Part shown: piece after piece, positions 13,731 through 26,059 of the stretch
Position numbering within the stretch: position 1 is the first letter of the stretch
Layout of the letters: every line of letters begins with the position of its first letter
Source: Vicugna vicugna
Taxonomy: Eukaryota
DNA: 64,000 nucleotides
Direction of reading: 5' to 3'
Assembly (NCBI GenBank): GCA_013265495.1
Contig: MU058384.1
Coordinates: 5,018,792-5,082,791 of the forward strand
Notes under the pieces: generated by a model
The model's input: only the letters and a program-made list of their open reading frames with translations
Database searches by the model: none
What the model was told of the DNA's origin: nothing
Program-made: the position numbers and the translations under genes

Positions 13731-14407
13731 ACACTGTCAAAGCCCCTCCCTTGGATTGTACAATATAAATGTGCACTGGCCAAATTTGAACTACCAGTTT
13801 CTCCATCTCCAAGCTTGAGGATGCTTTCCAGAAACTGTATGGCATTTTGTCCACCTATGCATCTGACTTGAGGATTTATAACTCCACCCCTACCAAAGAG
13901 CAGTCTTCAATCGATGATTCTCAATATTTGCTGCATAAGTACTATAGCTCATGTCCTTCAGTGGAGGAGGGTGGGAGTAAGGAGTAGCTGTCTTAATGAT
14001 ATACTGTTTATTGGCTACCATCCCTTCCCAGTATCAATTCTCCAGTTCCCTACCAACTTGCATTTCTCAAATAAATATTGTCCCTTAAATTCTCATCTCA
14101 GGATCTGTTTGGGGCAACCCAAACCAAGATAAAAAATATTTGTTATTGTTGAATGAATTACTCACAAGGGATTCTGGATACATGTTTAGAAAAAAGGCTG
14201 AAAAGGGGACAGTGCAGCATAGTTTCATGGACGGTGGACAGCTGGTTCAGCAACCAAGAAATGGGGCCACCACATCCTAGGGAGGAGACAAAATGGCTAT
14301 ACTACAAAGAAAATGAACACAAACTCTTGGCAGCATCTGAGAATCAGTATCTGCAATTGAGTCCTCAGAAATATACAAGGCTGAACACAGAAACAAGGGC
14401 ACATAAT

Positions 14408-14583
14408 ACTGACTTTCTCACATGAAACCTATGTAGTTGCACAGGGCCCCATGCTCAGAGTGAACCTGGACTTTGTTTAATACTCTGCTGTTGCCATCTT
14501 GAAATTCTTAATAATTTTTAAAAATCAAGGATCCTTGTGTTTTCATGTTTTTACTTGGCCCCACAAATTATGTAGCCAACCTA
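14408..14583. mobile_element. hAT DNA transposon relic (MER91-like)
   Basis: gcacagggccccatgctcag...ctctgctgttgccatcttgaaattcttaataatt...ggccccacaaattatgtagcc resembles the recalled MER91 consensus. Confidence 0.65.
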
Positions 14584-15314
14584 AGGTTCCCACCATATTT
14601 TCTCATTACAGTTGAGGACGATGAATAGAATATCAAGGATTTGGAATGGAAAGAAATAGAGAGGTTTTATACAGCTAGATGGTAGGTCACTGAAAAATCC
14701 TTAGGGTCTTCTCATAGTCTAATTAAGAGTGCTCATTTTTTATTTCAGATAGCTATAGCAGTCTTGGAAGCAGAAATAAGTGATCTAGAAATATTTCATG
14801 CTACTAATGACTTAGTATAAATCATTAAGGCATTTTTGGATGGATGTGATATATATTCTTAGTTTTTGGTTTGATTTGTCCAGAGAAAAAGATACAATGA
14901 TGCTAACTAGAAAAACTATGATGGGACTCTTACAAAAAAGTTATATTTGTCATCTTCATTGACCTATAATATTCTGTTTTTGTGGTATGTGCCCTCTTTG
15001 CTGCTGGTGACTGACTTTTTAATTGATCATTCGTCTGACTTTCCAGTTGGAGACTGCCAAAAATTCTTGTTATTTCAAGTCTGACAACTGGCATGTAAAA
15101 TGCTATTTTTTCCAAATATACCATTTTCTTTATTCCCATTTAAAATAGTAGAGATTTTAAATGCTACACTTAAATACTAAAAAGATACCTTTTGAAATGA
15201 AAAATAAAAAAATATTTGAGAAAAAAACCAATTATCCCTTATAGGAAATTTTAGATTGTGAATTTTCAAGTCGGGTGGCAAGTAAGTAGAGTATTGCAGC
15301 ATTTTCCACTAACT

Positions 15315-15445
15315 AAAAACAGATGTCATGTGATGCTGGGTGTTACATTTGCAGCTGACACCCACTTCAAAGAACAGGTGCCTCTAGATGTTTATAAAAG
15401 AAAAAGCAACTCTTGTACCAGTCTATAGCAGCCTGCAGGAAGTGA
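15315..15445 (+). promoter_or_regulatory. Candidate distal TATA promoter
   Basis: TATAAAAG 15393-15400; Inr-like CCAGTCT with A at 15420; E-boxes CAGATG 15320, CATGTG 15327, CAGCTG 15352, CAGGTG 15375; CACCC boxes; ETS CAGGAAGTG 15436-15444. Confidence 0.55.
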
Positions 15446-15457
15446 TGAGTGGGAGCG

Positions 15458-15545
15458 ATGGGAAGACTAGCTCAGCGGCAGCTCTGGGTCACTACGTCGG
15501 GAAAGTTCATCAGGGCACTTAGGTTCTCATTGTACTTTCTCGTGG
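15458..15545 (+). CDS. HBS1L: Candidate alternative first coding exon of HBS1L (exon 1a-like): MGRLAQRQLWVTTSGKFIRALRFSLYFLV + 1 nt
   Basis: GCGATGG strong Kozak. 88 nt open (29 codons + 1) to the donor TGG|gtgagc, the same phase as exon 1. TATA and Inr lie upstream. A distal alternative HBS1L first exon is described in human, but splicing here is inferred. Confidence 0.55.
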
Positions 15546-15607
15546 GTGAGCTTTCAAAGTCAAAAGCTAAATTACTGGATAACAATTATTAAAAAGTAAT
15601 GACTTTA

Positions 15608-16861
15608 CATGAAAAAGAATGAAGTTGGATCCTTACCTTACATCATGTACAAAAATTAGCTCAAAATTGATGAAAGACCTACATGTAAGATATAAACTAC
15701 AAAACTCTTAGAAGAAAATAGGGAAAAAAACCTTCAAGATATTGACCTTAACAATGATTTCTCAGATAAGACACCAGAAACATAGGCTACAAAGGAAAAA
15801 ATAGGTAAATTGGACTTTTTCAAAATTGAAAAGTTTTATCCATAGAGTGAAAAGGCAACCCACAGATTAGAGAAAATGTTTGCAAATCATATATCTGATA
15901 AGGGACTAATATAAAAAGAATTCCTCTAACTTAACAACAACAAAATCAAACAATTCAAATAAAAAATGGGCAAGGGACTTGAATAGATATTTCTCCAAAG
16001 AGGATGTGTAAATGACCAATAAACACATAAAAAGATATTCAACATAACTAATCATTAGAGAAATGCAAAATCAAAGCCACAATAAGCTATTGCTTCATAC
16101 CCATTAGAATGGCTATTATCAAAAAACCAAGAAATAAGTGTTGTCAAAGACGTGGGCAAATTGGAATCATTGTGTTTTACTGGTGGGTGTGTAAAATGAT
16201 GTAACTATTGTGGAAAACATGGCCGTTTCTCAAAAAATTAATCATATAATCATATAATCAAATAATCATGTAATCCAGCAATTCTACTTCTAGGTATATG
16301 CTCAGAAGAATTGAAAACAGGAACTCTAACAGATATTTGTATACCAATGTTCATAATTATATTATTCACAATTGCCAAAAGGCAGAAACAACCCAAATGT
16401 CCATGAACAGAAAAATGGATAGGCAAAATGTAGTATATACATATATACAATGCAATATTATTTGGTTTTAAAAGGGAATTAAGTTGGCATATGCTACAAC
16501 ATGGACAAACTCTGAAAACATTATGCAACATGAAATAAAACCAGATACAAAAGGACAAATACTGTATGATTCCCCTTAAAAGAGGGACCTAGAATACGCA
16601 AATTCATACAGACAGAAAGTAAAGTAGTGATTACTAGGGGCTGGAGAAGTGGGGAATGGGGAGTTATTGTTTAATGGGTGCAGAGTTTCCATTTGGGATG
16701 ATGGAAATTTTCTGGAGATGGATAACATTGATGGTTGCACAACATTGTGAAGGTATTTAATGCCACAAGGCTGCATACTTGGGCTAAAATGGTGAATTTT
16801 ATGTATATTTTACCACGATTTTTTAAAAAAGAAAAGAAACCCTTTAATCAGTCAGAAAAAG
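15608..16861 (+). mobile_element. 5'-truncated L1 (L1MA/L1MB-type), ORF2 end + 3' UTR
   Basis: Clear L1 3' sequence with A-rich tail, flanked by the direct repeat gtaatgacttta (15596-15607 / 16862-16873). Confidence 0.9.
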
Positions 16862-17088
16862 GTAATGACTTTATTATGTTTTTAAAAAATGCTAACATGG
16901 GCATATGAATTTTAGGCACTAGAGAATAGCACCAAGTGTAAAGCAACAAGTCTCACATTTGCCTCACATTCTGATGAAAATCATTTCAGGCATCTCTCTC
17001 TGCATTTATTTAAGATGGTTGAATGAATGAATAAATGGGTTGGCAGTGGCATAGACTGTGAGAAAGAACATAAATTGACTAAGAATGA

Positions 17089-17760
17089 TGGAGATTCCTC
17101 AAAAGACTAGGAATAGATTTACCATATGACCCAGTAATCCCGCTCCTGGGCATATATCCAGAAGGAACTCTACTTGAGAAAAACACCTGCACCTCAATGT
17201 TCATAGCAGCACTATTTACAATAGTCAAGACATGGATACAGCCTAAATGTCCATCAACAGATGACTGTATAAAGAAGATGTGGTATATTTATACAATGGG
17301 ATACTATTCAGCCATAAAAACGACAACATAATGCCATTTGCAGCAAAATTGATGTCCCTGGAGAATGTCATCCCAAGTGAAGTAAGCCAGGAAGAGAAAG
17401 AAAAATACCATATGAGATCACTCATATGTGGAATCTAAAAATTAAAGAACATAAATACAAAACAGAAACAGACTCATAGACATAGAATACAAACTTGTGG
17501 TTGCCAAGTGGGAGGAGGGTGGGAACTGACAGACTGGGAATTCAAAATTTGTAGACACTGACAGGCATGTGCAGAATAGATAAACAAGATTATACTGTAT
17601 AGCACAGGGAAATATATACAAGATCTTGTGGTAGCTCACAACCAAAAAAATGTGACAATGAATATATGCATGTTCATGTATAACTGAAAAATCGTGCTCT
17701 ACACTGGAATTTGACACAACATTGTAAAATGACTATAATTCAATAAAAAATGTTTACAAA
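17089..17760 (+). mobile_element. Younger lineage-specific 5'-truncated L1
   Basis: ORF2 C-terminus + 3' UTR, AATAAA 17742-17747, TSD aagaatga (17081-17088 / 17761-17768). Confidence 0.9.
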
Positions 17761-18926
17761 AAGAATGAGATCATACTATACATACTACTTTTAAAATAGA
17801 AATGTTATATTTAATTTGATCTAAATAAAACACAAGGGAAAAAAATGAAAAAGAAACTGAAGGAATTACTAAAATTCAGAGAAATGTTTCTTTTTATCAC
17901 AAGAATACTATGGTTAAGAAAAGAGGTTTGAATCATTTATTTTTTAAGCTACACGATTCAGTTTTGGATAATGACTCCATACTTTTATACTTTTATACTT
18001 CCATCTCCTCTACTCCAGTCTCCCAATTTTTGTTGCTTATATTATTTTCACTTTACTGGAGTTTATAGTACCTTATTCTGAAAATACAGTCTCCCAGGTT
18101 GTTTTGTAGTAATTTTAAATTTAAATGGGTTTAGTGATCAACATCGCTTCCCTACTATCTCTATTGTTGAGTTTCATCTCCAAGTTGTTAATTTTCATTG
18201 TTAAAGTAGATTTTGTCAAGAAGGGCTCTTTTCCCTGAAAGCTTTCACACTGAAGTATGCCTGTACCTCTATATTTGAATGTTAAGTTGGCAGGGTATGG
18301 TATTCTTGAGTCATATTTTCTCTCCTTCAGAGGACTGTAAGCAAGCATGGCTCTACTGTGTCATGGTATTGACTGCTGCTATGAAGATGACCAAGTCCTG
18401 ACTGATACACCCCCATCCCTCATCTGTAGATAACTTCCCTTTCCTGCCTGCATGGATTTCAGAAGAACTCTTTCTTTGACCTTGAAACTCGAGAACTTAA
18501 CTAGTGTATGTTCCAGTGTTGGCAATCAGTATCAATCTTTCCTAGTATACAGTGAGTCCATTTGACCTCCTATATCAACTACTCCTTCATTTCAGAAAAG
18601 TATTGCTGAATTACACCTTTAAATAACTTTCATTAAGTTTGTTGTGATGCTTTTTCAAGGACCAAAGTATCTATATGTTGGATAAATTTTCTGTGTTTTC
18701 TAATTACTTAATTATCTTTGCCCTCTATTTCCCTAGTCATTTATTTTTTAAAAAATCTTTTGGATTCACAGTGGATATTTCAAGCTCTTTTTCACTGAAC
18801 ATCAGATAATTCAATGTTCATATATACTATACATATGTACATAAATACATTCAAATCCTTATGACTTATAGATATTAAAATCTATAATTGTATAATTTTG
18901 TTTCAATTTATTTTATTGATTGGGAG

Positions 18927-19115
18927 CAGAGGTCAGCAGGCTTTTTCAGTAAAGGGTCAATATTTTAGGCTTTGTGAGCTTTTATGAGTTCTCTATCACA
19001 CGTTCTTTGTTTTTTATTCTTTACAACCCTTAAAAATATAAAAAACAATATTAAGTTGCAATATTAAGTTGCAGTCACAGGTCATACAGAAATAGCTACA
19101 GTTTGTGGACTCCTG
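18927..19115. mobile_element. MER58-like hAT DNA transposon
   Basis: cagaggtcagcaggc...gtaaagggtcaatattttaggctttgtg...gtttgtggactcctg with imperfect terminal inverted repeats. Confidence 0.6.
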
Positions 19116-20479
19116 CTCAAGAATCACTTTATCATCTCTTTTTATTGTTTATCAACTTGACTTTTTATTGAACTTATACACATATTTGATTATTTTATAT
19201 ACAAAGTACTCTTGAGAAATCTGCTTCTGTTTCTTTGTTTTCTTTTTTCCTCTTTCAAGCAAGGTTCTTCACCTACTTTTGCTGCTAAAGTATTTTACTT
19301 CTTTCCATTCTCCCTCCCTCTTTCTATTTTTTCCTCTATTGCTCTTTTCCTTCCCCCTCCCCACTTTCTTCTCTCTCTGTTTCCTTCTCTCCTTTCTTTT
19401 CTTTCTCTAGTGTGTTTGTCTAGTTGCCCTGACATTTCTTTTCCTCTTGTGCAGGTTTGCTTAGATGGCTTAGTTCAAACACTCTACCTTCTGTAACAAA
19501 GTGTGGATGTGCTCTCTCTAAATCTCTGGGACCTCTTTGTTCTTTCCCCTCTGGGCTTATATTTGAGGGTAGTTTTATTCTTTCAATCCACTTTTTCTGT
19601 AACGTAACGACAAAGACAGTAGGGAGGAGAAGGAGCGCGAGTTTAAGCTGGGCTGGTGCAGTCCATGCTGGGAATTCTTGTTCTGCAGAGCTCCCTAGGA
19701 TGTTACATGTCCTGTCCTATGGCTCACTCCACTTAGCCCAGAGGTATATCTCATCTATGGCTTTGGCTTGCCACCCCCAGATAGCACAGAGCCTTGAGAG
19801 ATGGTAAGTACTGAGGGCCTTCTGCCAAGCTTCTAAGTTAATTGCAAGTGCTTCTACTCTTGAGGAATTTCTCTTGACTTTTTCCTAGCAATAGGCACCC
19901 TAAGTCTAAACTACAAAATTTTTAGCTCATCTTTTTTATTTCTTACTGATTATGTCTGGGGGAAAATGAAAAGCTATATAATGTCATATCGTGTCCCATC
20001 AAAAAAAAATTTCCCTCCTATTCACCCCTTTTCTAATTTTATAGTCCATGTTTATTTACTTTTCCTAGTATGTTTAGAAGGGAGATTCTGTGATTCTGCT
20101 TTATTCTACAATTTTCCCCCAGAAATCTTGAAAAACATACATCTCCAACATAAAGATTCTTATATGATCTATACTAACACAATGACAATCATTGCTCATC
20201 AACAATGAAAGTTAAGATATTTTAAATCCAGCAAGCGTTATAATACTCAAATACCAGGGCCAGACTATAATAAAATTATGACTATGATTGAATAGATAGT
20301 ATAATCTTGGGGAACTCAAAACAAAAACATAGACTCACAGGATTGGAAATGACCTCACAGGACTGTGTATTGTCTTTGGGGCACGGGGCTGGCAGAGTGT
20401 TTGCAATCTGCTGTAGAGACTGGATACACACAACAGCACACACACATAGGGAAACAAGAACGCAGTTTGTGAACAAAGT

Positions 20480-21540
20480 GGCATTTCAAATCCTTGGGAG
20501 AAAGAAAAGTTATTCAGTAAATGGTGTTATAACAAATGGCTAATCATTTGAAGGAGAAACTATGAAATATATATTATAGACATCCTTTTATGCAGGAGTC
20601 TCTATGTATGTGTGTATGGCTATCTCAAGTAATGTCCAAAAATAAATGACAGAGATAGTGTTCTTAAATGTTAAAACCCAAACCTTTAAGTGCCAGAGAA
20701 TAACTGTTAATATTTTTATAATCTCTGGGTAGAGTAAAAATTTCTGAGTTTGGTGCCAAAGGTAACAGATTAAATTACATAAAATGAAAAACTTGAGGTT
20801 TTTTTTTTTGGTTAAAAACATCAAAAATTAAAAATCAAAAGAAAAGAGACTGAGGAAAGTATTGCTACATATTTAACAAACGGTAACTACATATATAGTT
20901 CTCAGAGATAAGTAATAAAAATATCCAATGTGAAAATAACAACGTAGATAGACATTTCACAAAAGAGGAATATAAAATGAGAGATAAATATATTTTAAAA
21001 TTTGGGTGTCATTAGTAACCAAAGAAATACAGAGTTTTAAAAACCTAACAAGATATCATTTAAAGAAAAATAACAACAGATAGCCAAAGATCATTTTAGT
21101 GATAATATCCATTATTGGCAAAGGTCATTCACTGCCGGAAGTAGTTTGGCGAGAATTAAAAATATTTAAAGCTTTGACCAGGTGATTCCACTTCCCAGAA
21201 TTTTATTCTAAGAATTTAAGTGTATCTGTGAACAGGAATCTTCATAGCAATAGTGCTTATAGAAGTAAATAAAGTGTAAGCAAACATATGTTCAGTTAAC
21301 TAAATTACTGTGCATCCACGCAGTAGAATTCCATGTAACCTTTTAAGGTGATGTTGTACAAGAGTAGTTAATGGCATGGAAATATGCCTATTATAAAAGT
21401 AAAATGCGAATTACAAATATTGTATACTCTTCAGAACAGCTCTAATTTTTTTCACAGCCTGTGTTTTTCTCAATGTTGAACATTTCTGGAGATTTTTATT
21501 TTATTATTATTTTTTTCTTGGTACTTTCTCAATTTTCTAC
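20480..21540 (+). mobile_element. Old L1ME-type fragment
   Basis: Degenerate L1 3' motifs (ttattcagtaaatggtg; gtgattccacttcccagaatttt). Boundaries approximate. Confidence 0.5.
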
Positions 21541-21599
21541 CATTAACTCTTAAAAAGAGAAAAATGTTAAATTTTTTGATAGTAAGTGTCAGAAGTTTT

Positions 21600-21915
21600 T
21601 GCCAGTAAGTGTCTTCTGAGGGAACCGCCCTGATAACATTTTGTGGTTTTGATACAGGAACATCTGCTTTCCAGAGTGAATTTAATCCTGATGTAGTGTC
21701 AGTAGAGCTCCTTAATCAGAAAGACCAAATTGCTTTGTTCTCCTGCAATGTCACGAAATTATTTTCACAATCAGGCTTAAAAAACAGAACTTAAAAATGG
21801 TATGCACTGAAAGTATGTCTGGTGGTGGTGTTAGCTGGATGTAAAAGTTATTTAATTTGCCCCGGTAACCACAGAGGGGAAGAATGGCAGTGGGCGTCTG
21901 GACTGGCTGGATTAG
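21600..21915. promoter_or_regulatory. Putative orthologue of the human -84 kb MYB erythroid enhancer (HMIP-2 core)
   Basis: TGATAA 21631-21636, RUNX TGTGGTT 21642-21648, TGATAC 21650-21655, E-box CATCTG 21661-21666. The minus strand reads TCACTCTGGAAAGCAGATGTTCCTGTATCAAAACCACAAAATGTTATCAGGGC, close to my recollection of the human sequence around rs66650371. Position upstream of HBS1L fits. Confidence 0.75.
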
Positions 21916-24489
21916 AAATCCGAAGACCTAGCTTCTAGTTCCATTTGGCCCATCAGCTAGAAGTGTGCTTTGGAGCTAGTAAGAATAATAGTAACAATTA
22001 CAGACATTATTTTTTTAACCCCTTGATTGCTATGTGCTACTTTCTATAGCACTTTACTGTATTATCTCTGATTCTCACAACTTCTTTCTCAGAGTTTTAA
22101 GTATCCCTATTTTACTGATGAGGAAACTGACATTCAGAAAGCGTGCTGACTGTTAGCCAACTTCCTAGTTGCAGAAAAAGGTGTGATAATATTTCCAGCT
22201 TGTTTCCTTCACGAAAGCCCCGATTGCCCCAGTAAACATCGATGAAAGGCAGTAGCTTTGGTTTACTTTGGAGACTGACTTAGAAAGAAAGGCTCACTAA
22301 ACTGTCCTGATCAAAAAACTTTCACAATTCTATTCAGCAAATACTTAAGAGATGTCTCTAAATACAGAATTCTGTGAGTAGGTATCAGGTGTAAGTCTTA
22401 TTGTAGTACTTTAATAGACTTGAACATTAGCCTTTTAATGAGTTTGTGACACCATACAAAGTTCTGAGTCTGTATCCTTGCCTGGGTTGGCAGGGACAAA
22501 GAATATAATATTCATACATTTATAAAGTGAAAAAAGAGAGTCCCATTTCATAGATATTGAGAAAGTTATTTAAACAAAGAAACATGTAGAAACGGGAGTA
22601 AGTGACTTGGTTGAGCTCATGATGTAAGTTAGTACCAGTACTAACTAATAAAATTCTAAAATTCTTGGCAAAGAACAGTTTTCTGCCCAGTAAGTCAGAT
22701 GAGATTGTTAAAATACATATGCAGAAATACACACCTCCTTTCTTAATTTGGCTTAGTTTTCTGTGATTTCATTGCAATTCAAAGAATAGCAAAAGAGAAC
22801 AAGGGACTGCCATGCTCGGGTGATGACCTGCTTTTGATATTCCTTAAAGTATTTCAGATTATTTTCTTATTCGTAAAGTATCACACATTAAAAAAAAATA
22901 AAGTCAATGACTTAATGAAGAGTTCAGTTGTATCCGATCTACCTATCAGATGAGTTCACTCATTAATGAGCAAATGGAGTAGTGAGAATATCTGAAGTGA
23001 TTAGCATCTCAGAAGATTCTCGGCCTCAGGCCAGGCCGTTTTCCCTTAAAATATGACCATAATCATGCACATGTCAAAACTCATTTACTATGAAACTGAT
23101 ATTGGTTTTGAAATAGGGTAATACTTGTTAAAGTAGAGGCAGTGAAAATGTCTCGTGGACTTCTCCCTACCTCCCTCTCTGTCTTCCTTTGCTCATCTTT
23201 AAATGCTCAATATTTGAAATATATTGAAATAGCATTTTATAATATGTCTTTCAAAATTCTACCTTATAGCTAACTTGCAATTGGAAAAATCTTCTTATGC
23301 TTTCAAAAAAATGATCTAGAATAGAAACTCAAAATACATCCTGTATTACAAAAGTGTAACCAAGTCTTATGTTAGACTTGAAAGGCTCAGAGTACATTAT
23401 GTACATTAAACAATGGAATAAAAATCCAACAAAGCCTCAAGGGTTTAAAAAATTGTTTTTGGAAATAAGAAAAGCTTAATTTAAGCAGTAAAGATAATTA
23501 TCACGCTTAAAAAAATAAGTAGCGGTGAATCACCAAGGACCATTTTACTATGAGTCATAATGATATGTGATCAGAGTCTTCAGTAGGTAGACTTTTCTTT
23601 TTTTTAAAGAATACCCTTTGGTGGTTTTCTTCTGCCTCCGGATTTTTCATAATTTGACATTGCTTTCTGGGGCTGAGACTTTTCATCTCTAGAAGATTCA
23701 CTACACTATAAATACTGTTCTTGTGGTTCACATGGTACAACAGAGTTGCTCATACAGATGAGTCCCTTCAGTATCACCTGTTCAGCTTCTTTCTCCACCT
23801 CATCCTGTCTCATGTGCAGACACATAATATGTTCAGTTGATAAACAGGATGGTTTAAGGAGAAAGGTGAGAAGCAAAAAAGGATAGTATGAAGTTTTCTG
23901 AGGGTAGATGTGTTACATCTTTGTGTTCTCCCTCCCCTTTGTAACTAGCACAGTTACTCTGCCAGTAACATATAATTGGATGTTGATAAATATTTGTTGA
24001 CAAAGACAATGAACGGTTCAATGAGGAATTTTTGAGAATGGTTTGTAGCCTCTTTTATCGTATTTGGGAAAGCAATTTGAATAAAACAAAATTGTAAGTT
24101 AGTACATTGGAATAACAATATATGTTAATAGTACTTTATAAAACATATAAAACACTTTCATATGATTTATCTCATTTGAACCTCATGAAACTCCTGTTAA
24201 GGAGGCGAGTGTTATTATAGAGGGAAAATAGAAGGTTCAGGATCAAAAGATGACAGTGCTTTTCTTCAGTATCTCACTACAAAACACCAACCTCTGAGAG
24301 TGTCTATCTTCTGGATAGCATATTGCTAGTTGTGGTCATTGTGGTGAGCAACAAACCATCCTGAAGATTAGAATTACACCAGTTTAGGGATGAAATAATT
24401 AGGTTAATGAGTAGTTTTAGGTATATATGGACAGAGTGGTGGGGAATGGAATGGGATAGAAGCTTATAAACGAATATACAAACAATAAA

Positions 24490-24650
24490 CATTTAATGAG
24501 GACTTACTATGTGCTAAGCACTTTGATAGGTCCCTTCGCATAACATTTTCTCCATTTCACAAATGAGGTAATTGAACCTCTTAGAGATTGAGTGACTTTC
24601 CCAAGGCCACACGGCAAATATGTGGCAGGGGTGGGATTTTAATACCCAAA
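24490..24650 (-). mobile_element. MIR SINE remnant
   Basis: acttactatgtgctaagcac...ccatttcacaaatgagg...gtgactttcccaaggccacac. Confidence 0.65.
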
Positions 24651-26059
24651 AAGTATGATAAAGGTTTCTGTCTTCAAGAGTTTGAACTTTGGTTGGAGGA
24701 AAAACCATGAGCTACATGCATCAACTGGATAAACAGAGATACAGCACAGAACAAACTCAGCTGTTCAAATAGTGTATATGGCCTGAGCTAGAATGGTGAA
24801 GTTCTTAGGAGAGGTGGAAAACTTGATTTGACCCTTGACAGGTGGGTAGGATTTAGTTACGTGTAAGGGAAAGGTGTTTCAGACAAAGTGAAATGCATCA
24901 GTAAATTGCCAAGATAAGGGTGAACATAACAGAGTCAAAGGACAATCAGAAGTCTGGAAAGATTTTCATGATCATTAACAGCTGTCGTCTTCCATGGTTT
25001 AGGGTATGGTGCTGGATATGTCAGAAAGTTCAGAGGCATTAGTCATGTCATACAAGGGGTCAGAGAGGGCAGTCAAGGCCTGGGTTCGTCAATAAAGGTT
25101 TCATGGAGGAGCTGGATGCTGGATCATGAGCTCAATTCTACTGAAATCTCAGAACTGAGATATGCACAGAGGAGAGACCAGGAGAATGCTCTCGATAAAG
25201 ACATGCTGGCTTTATGGTATGTTTTGGTGGAGAGCAACATTGCTATGGGCATTGGCTTCCAGCTAAAGGGTTTGTGCTTTTTTCAGTCAAAATTTAAAAC
25301 CATTGAAAGTTTGGAATTGCCTGTTAAGAAAAGACAGAGATATGACTTTGGTTTTGTAAAACTGACTAAAGAAGAAAAGAGACAGCAGCTGGAATTAGAG
25401 CTATTAGGAGCCTATTAAAATAATTGATCACTAGAATGTGGACTGGGCAGTGGAAAAGGAAAAGAGAGATGGAAAGGTCTGAGGACCTATTGGACATGGA
25501 TGGAACAGAGGGCAAAGAAAAAGAGGATGTGAAGAAGTCTGGTCTGGCGACTAGCAGACTGAGGGCATCTTGGTCCGTCTGCACGATACTGCGTAACAGC
25601 CACAGCTCTCCAAACTTAAGGTGTTATTTCACCCCTTGCCCTTATGATGAACCTATGGAGTGGATCCCCAGGGGCCAGGCAAGTATTGTCAGTGAGCATA
25701 GGAGGTTGGTGGCAGGGAGTGGTGAAGTGGTGAAGAGCTCATTTCCTATCTTCCATATTGTGTAGATTCTATTGGTTTTAACATTTTTGAAATTAGGGTA
25801 CATCTTACAGTCTTACAGTCGTTGTCAATGTGGTGACAACTGCAATGTAGTTGATTTCGCCTGAGCATGCATGAACTTGTCATAGCTGTTTGTGTTATGG
25901 TCGATTCAATTTAATTACATGCATCTTGATATTACATGTATTGAGCTTAATTGTCGTATAAACATCTTTTAATGCTATTATTTGGCATTAAAAGTAAAGG
26001 TAACTGTGTACATAAAAATTCATGTAAACAAAGCAGTGGGGCATACCATTGATATTTGC

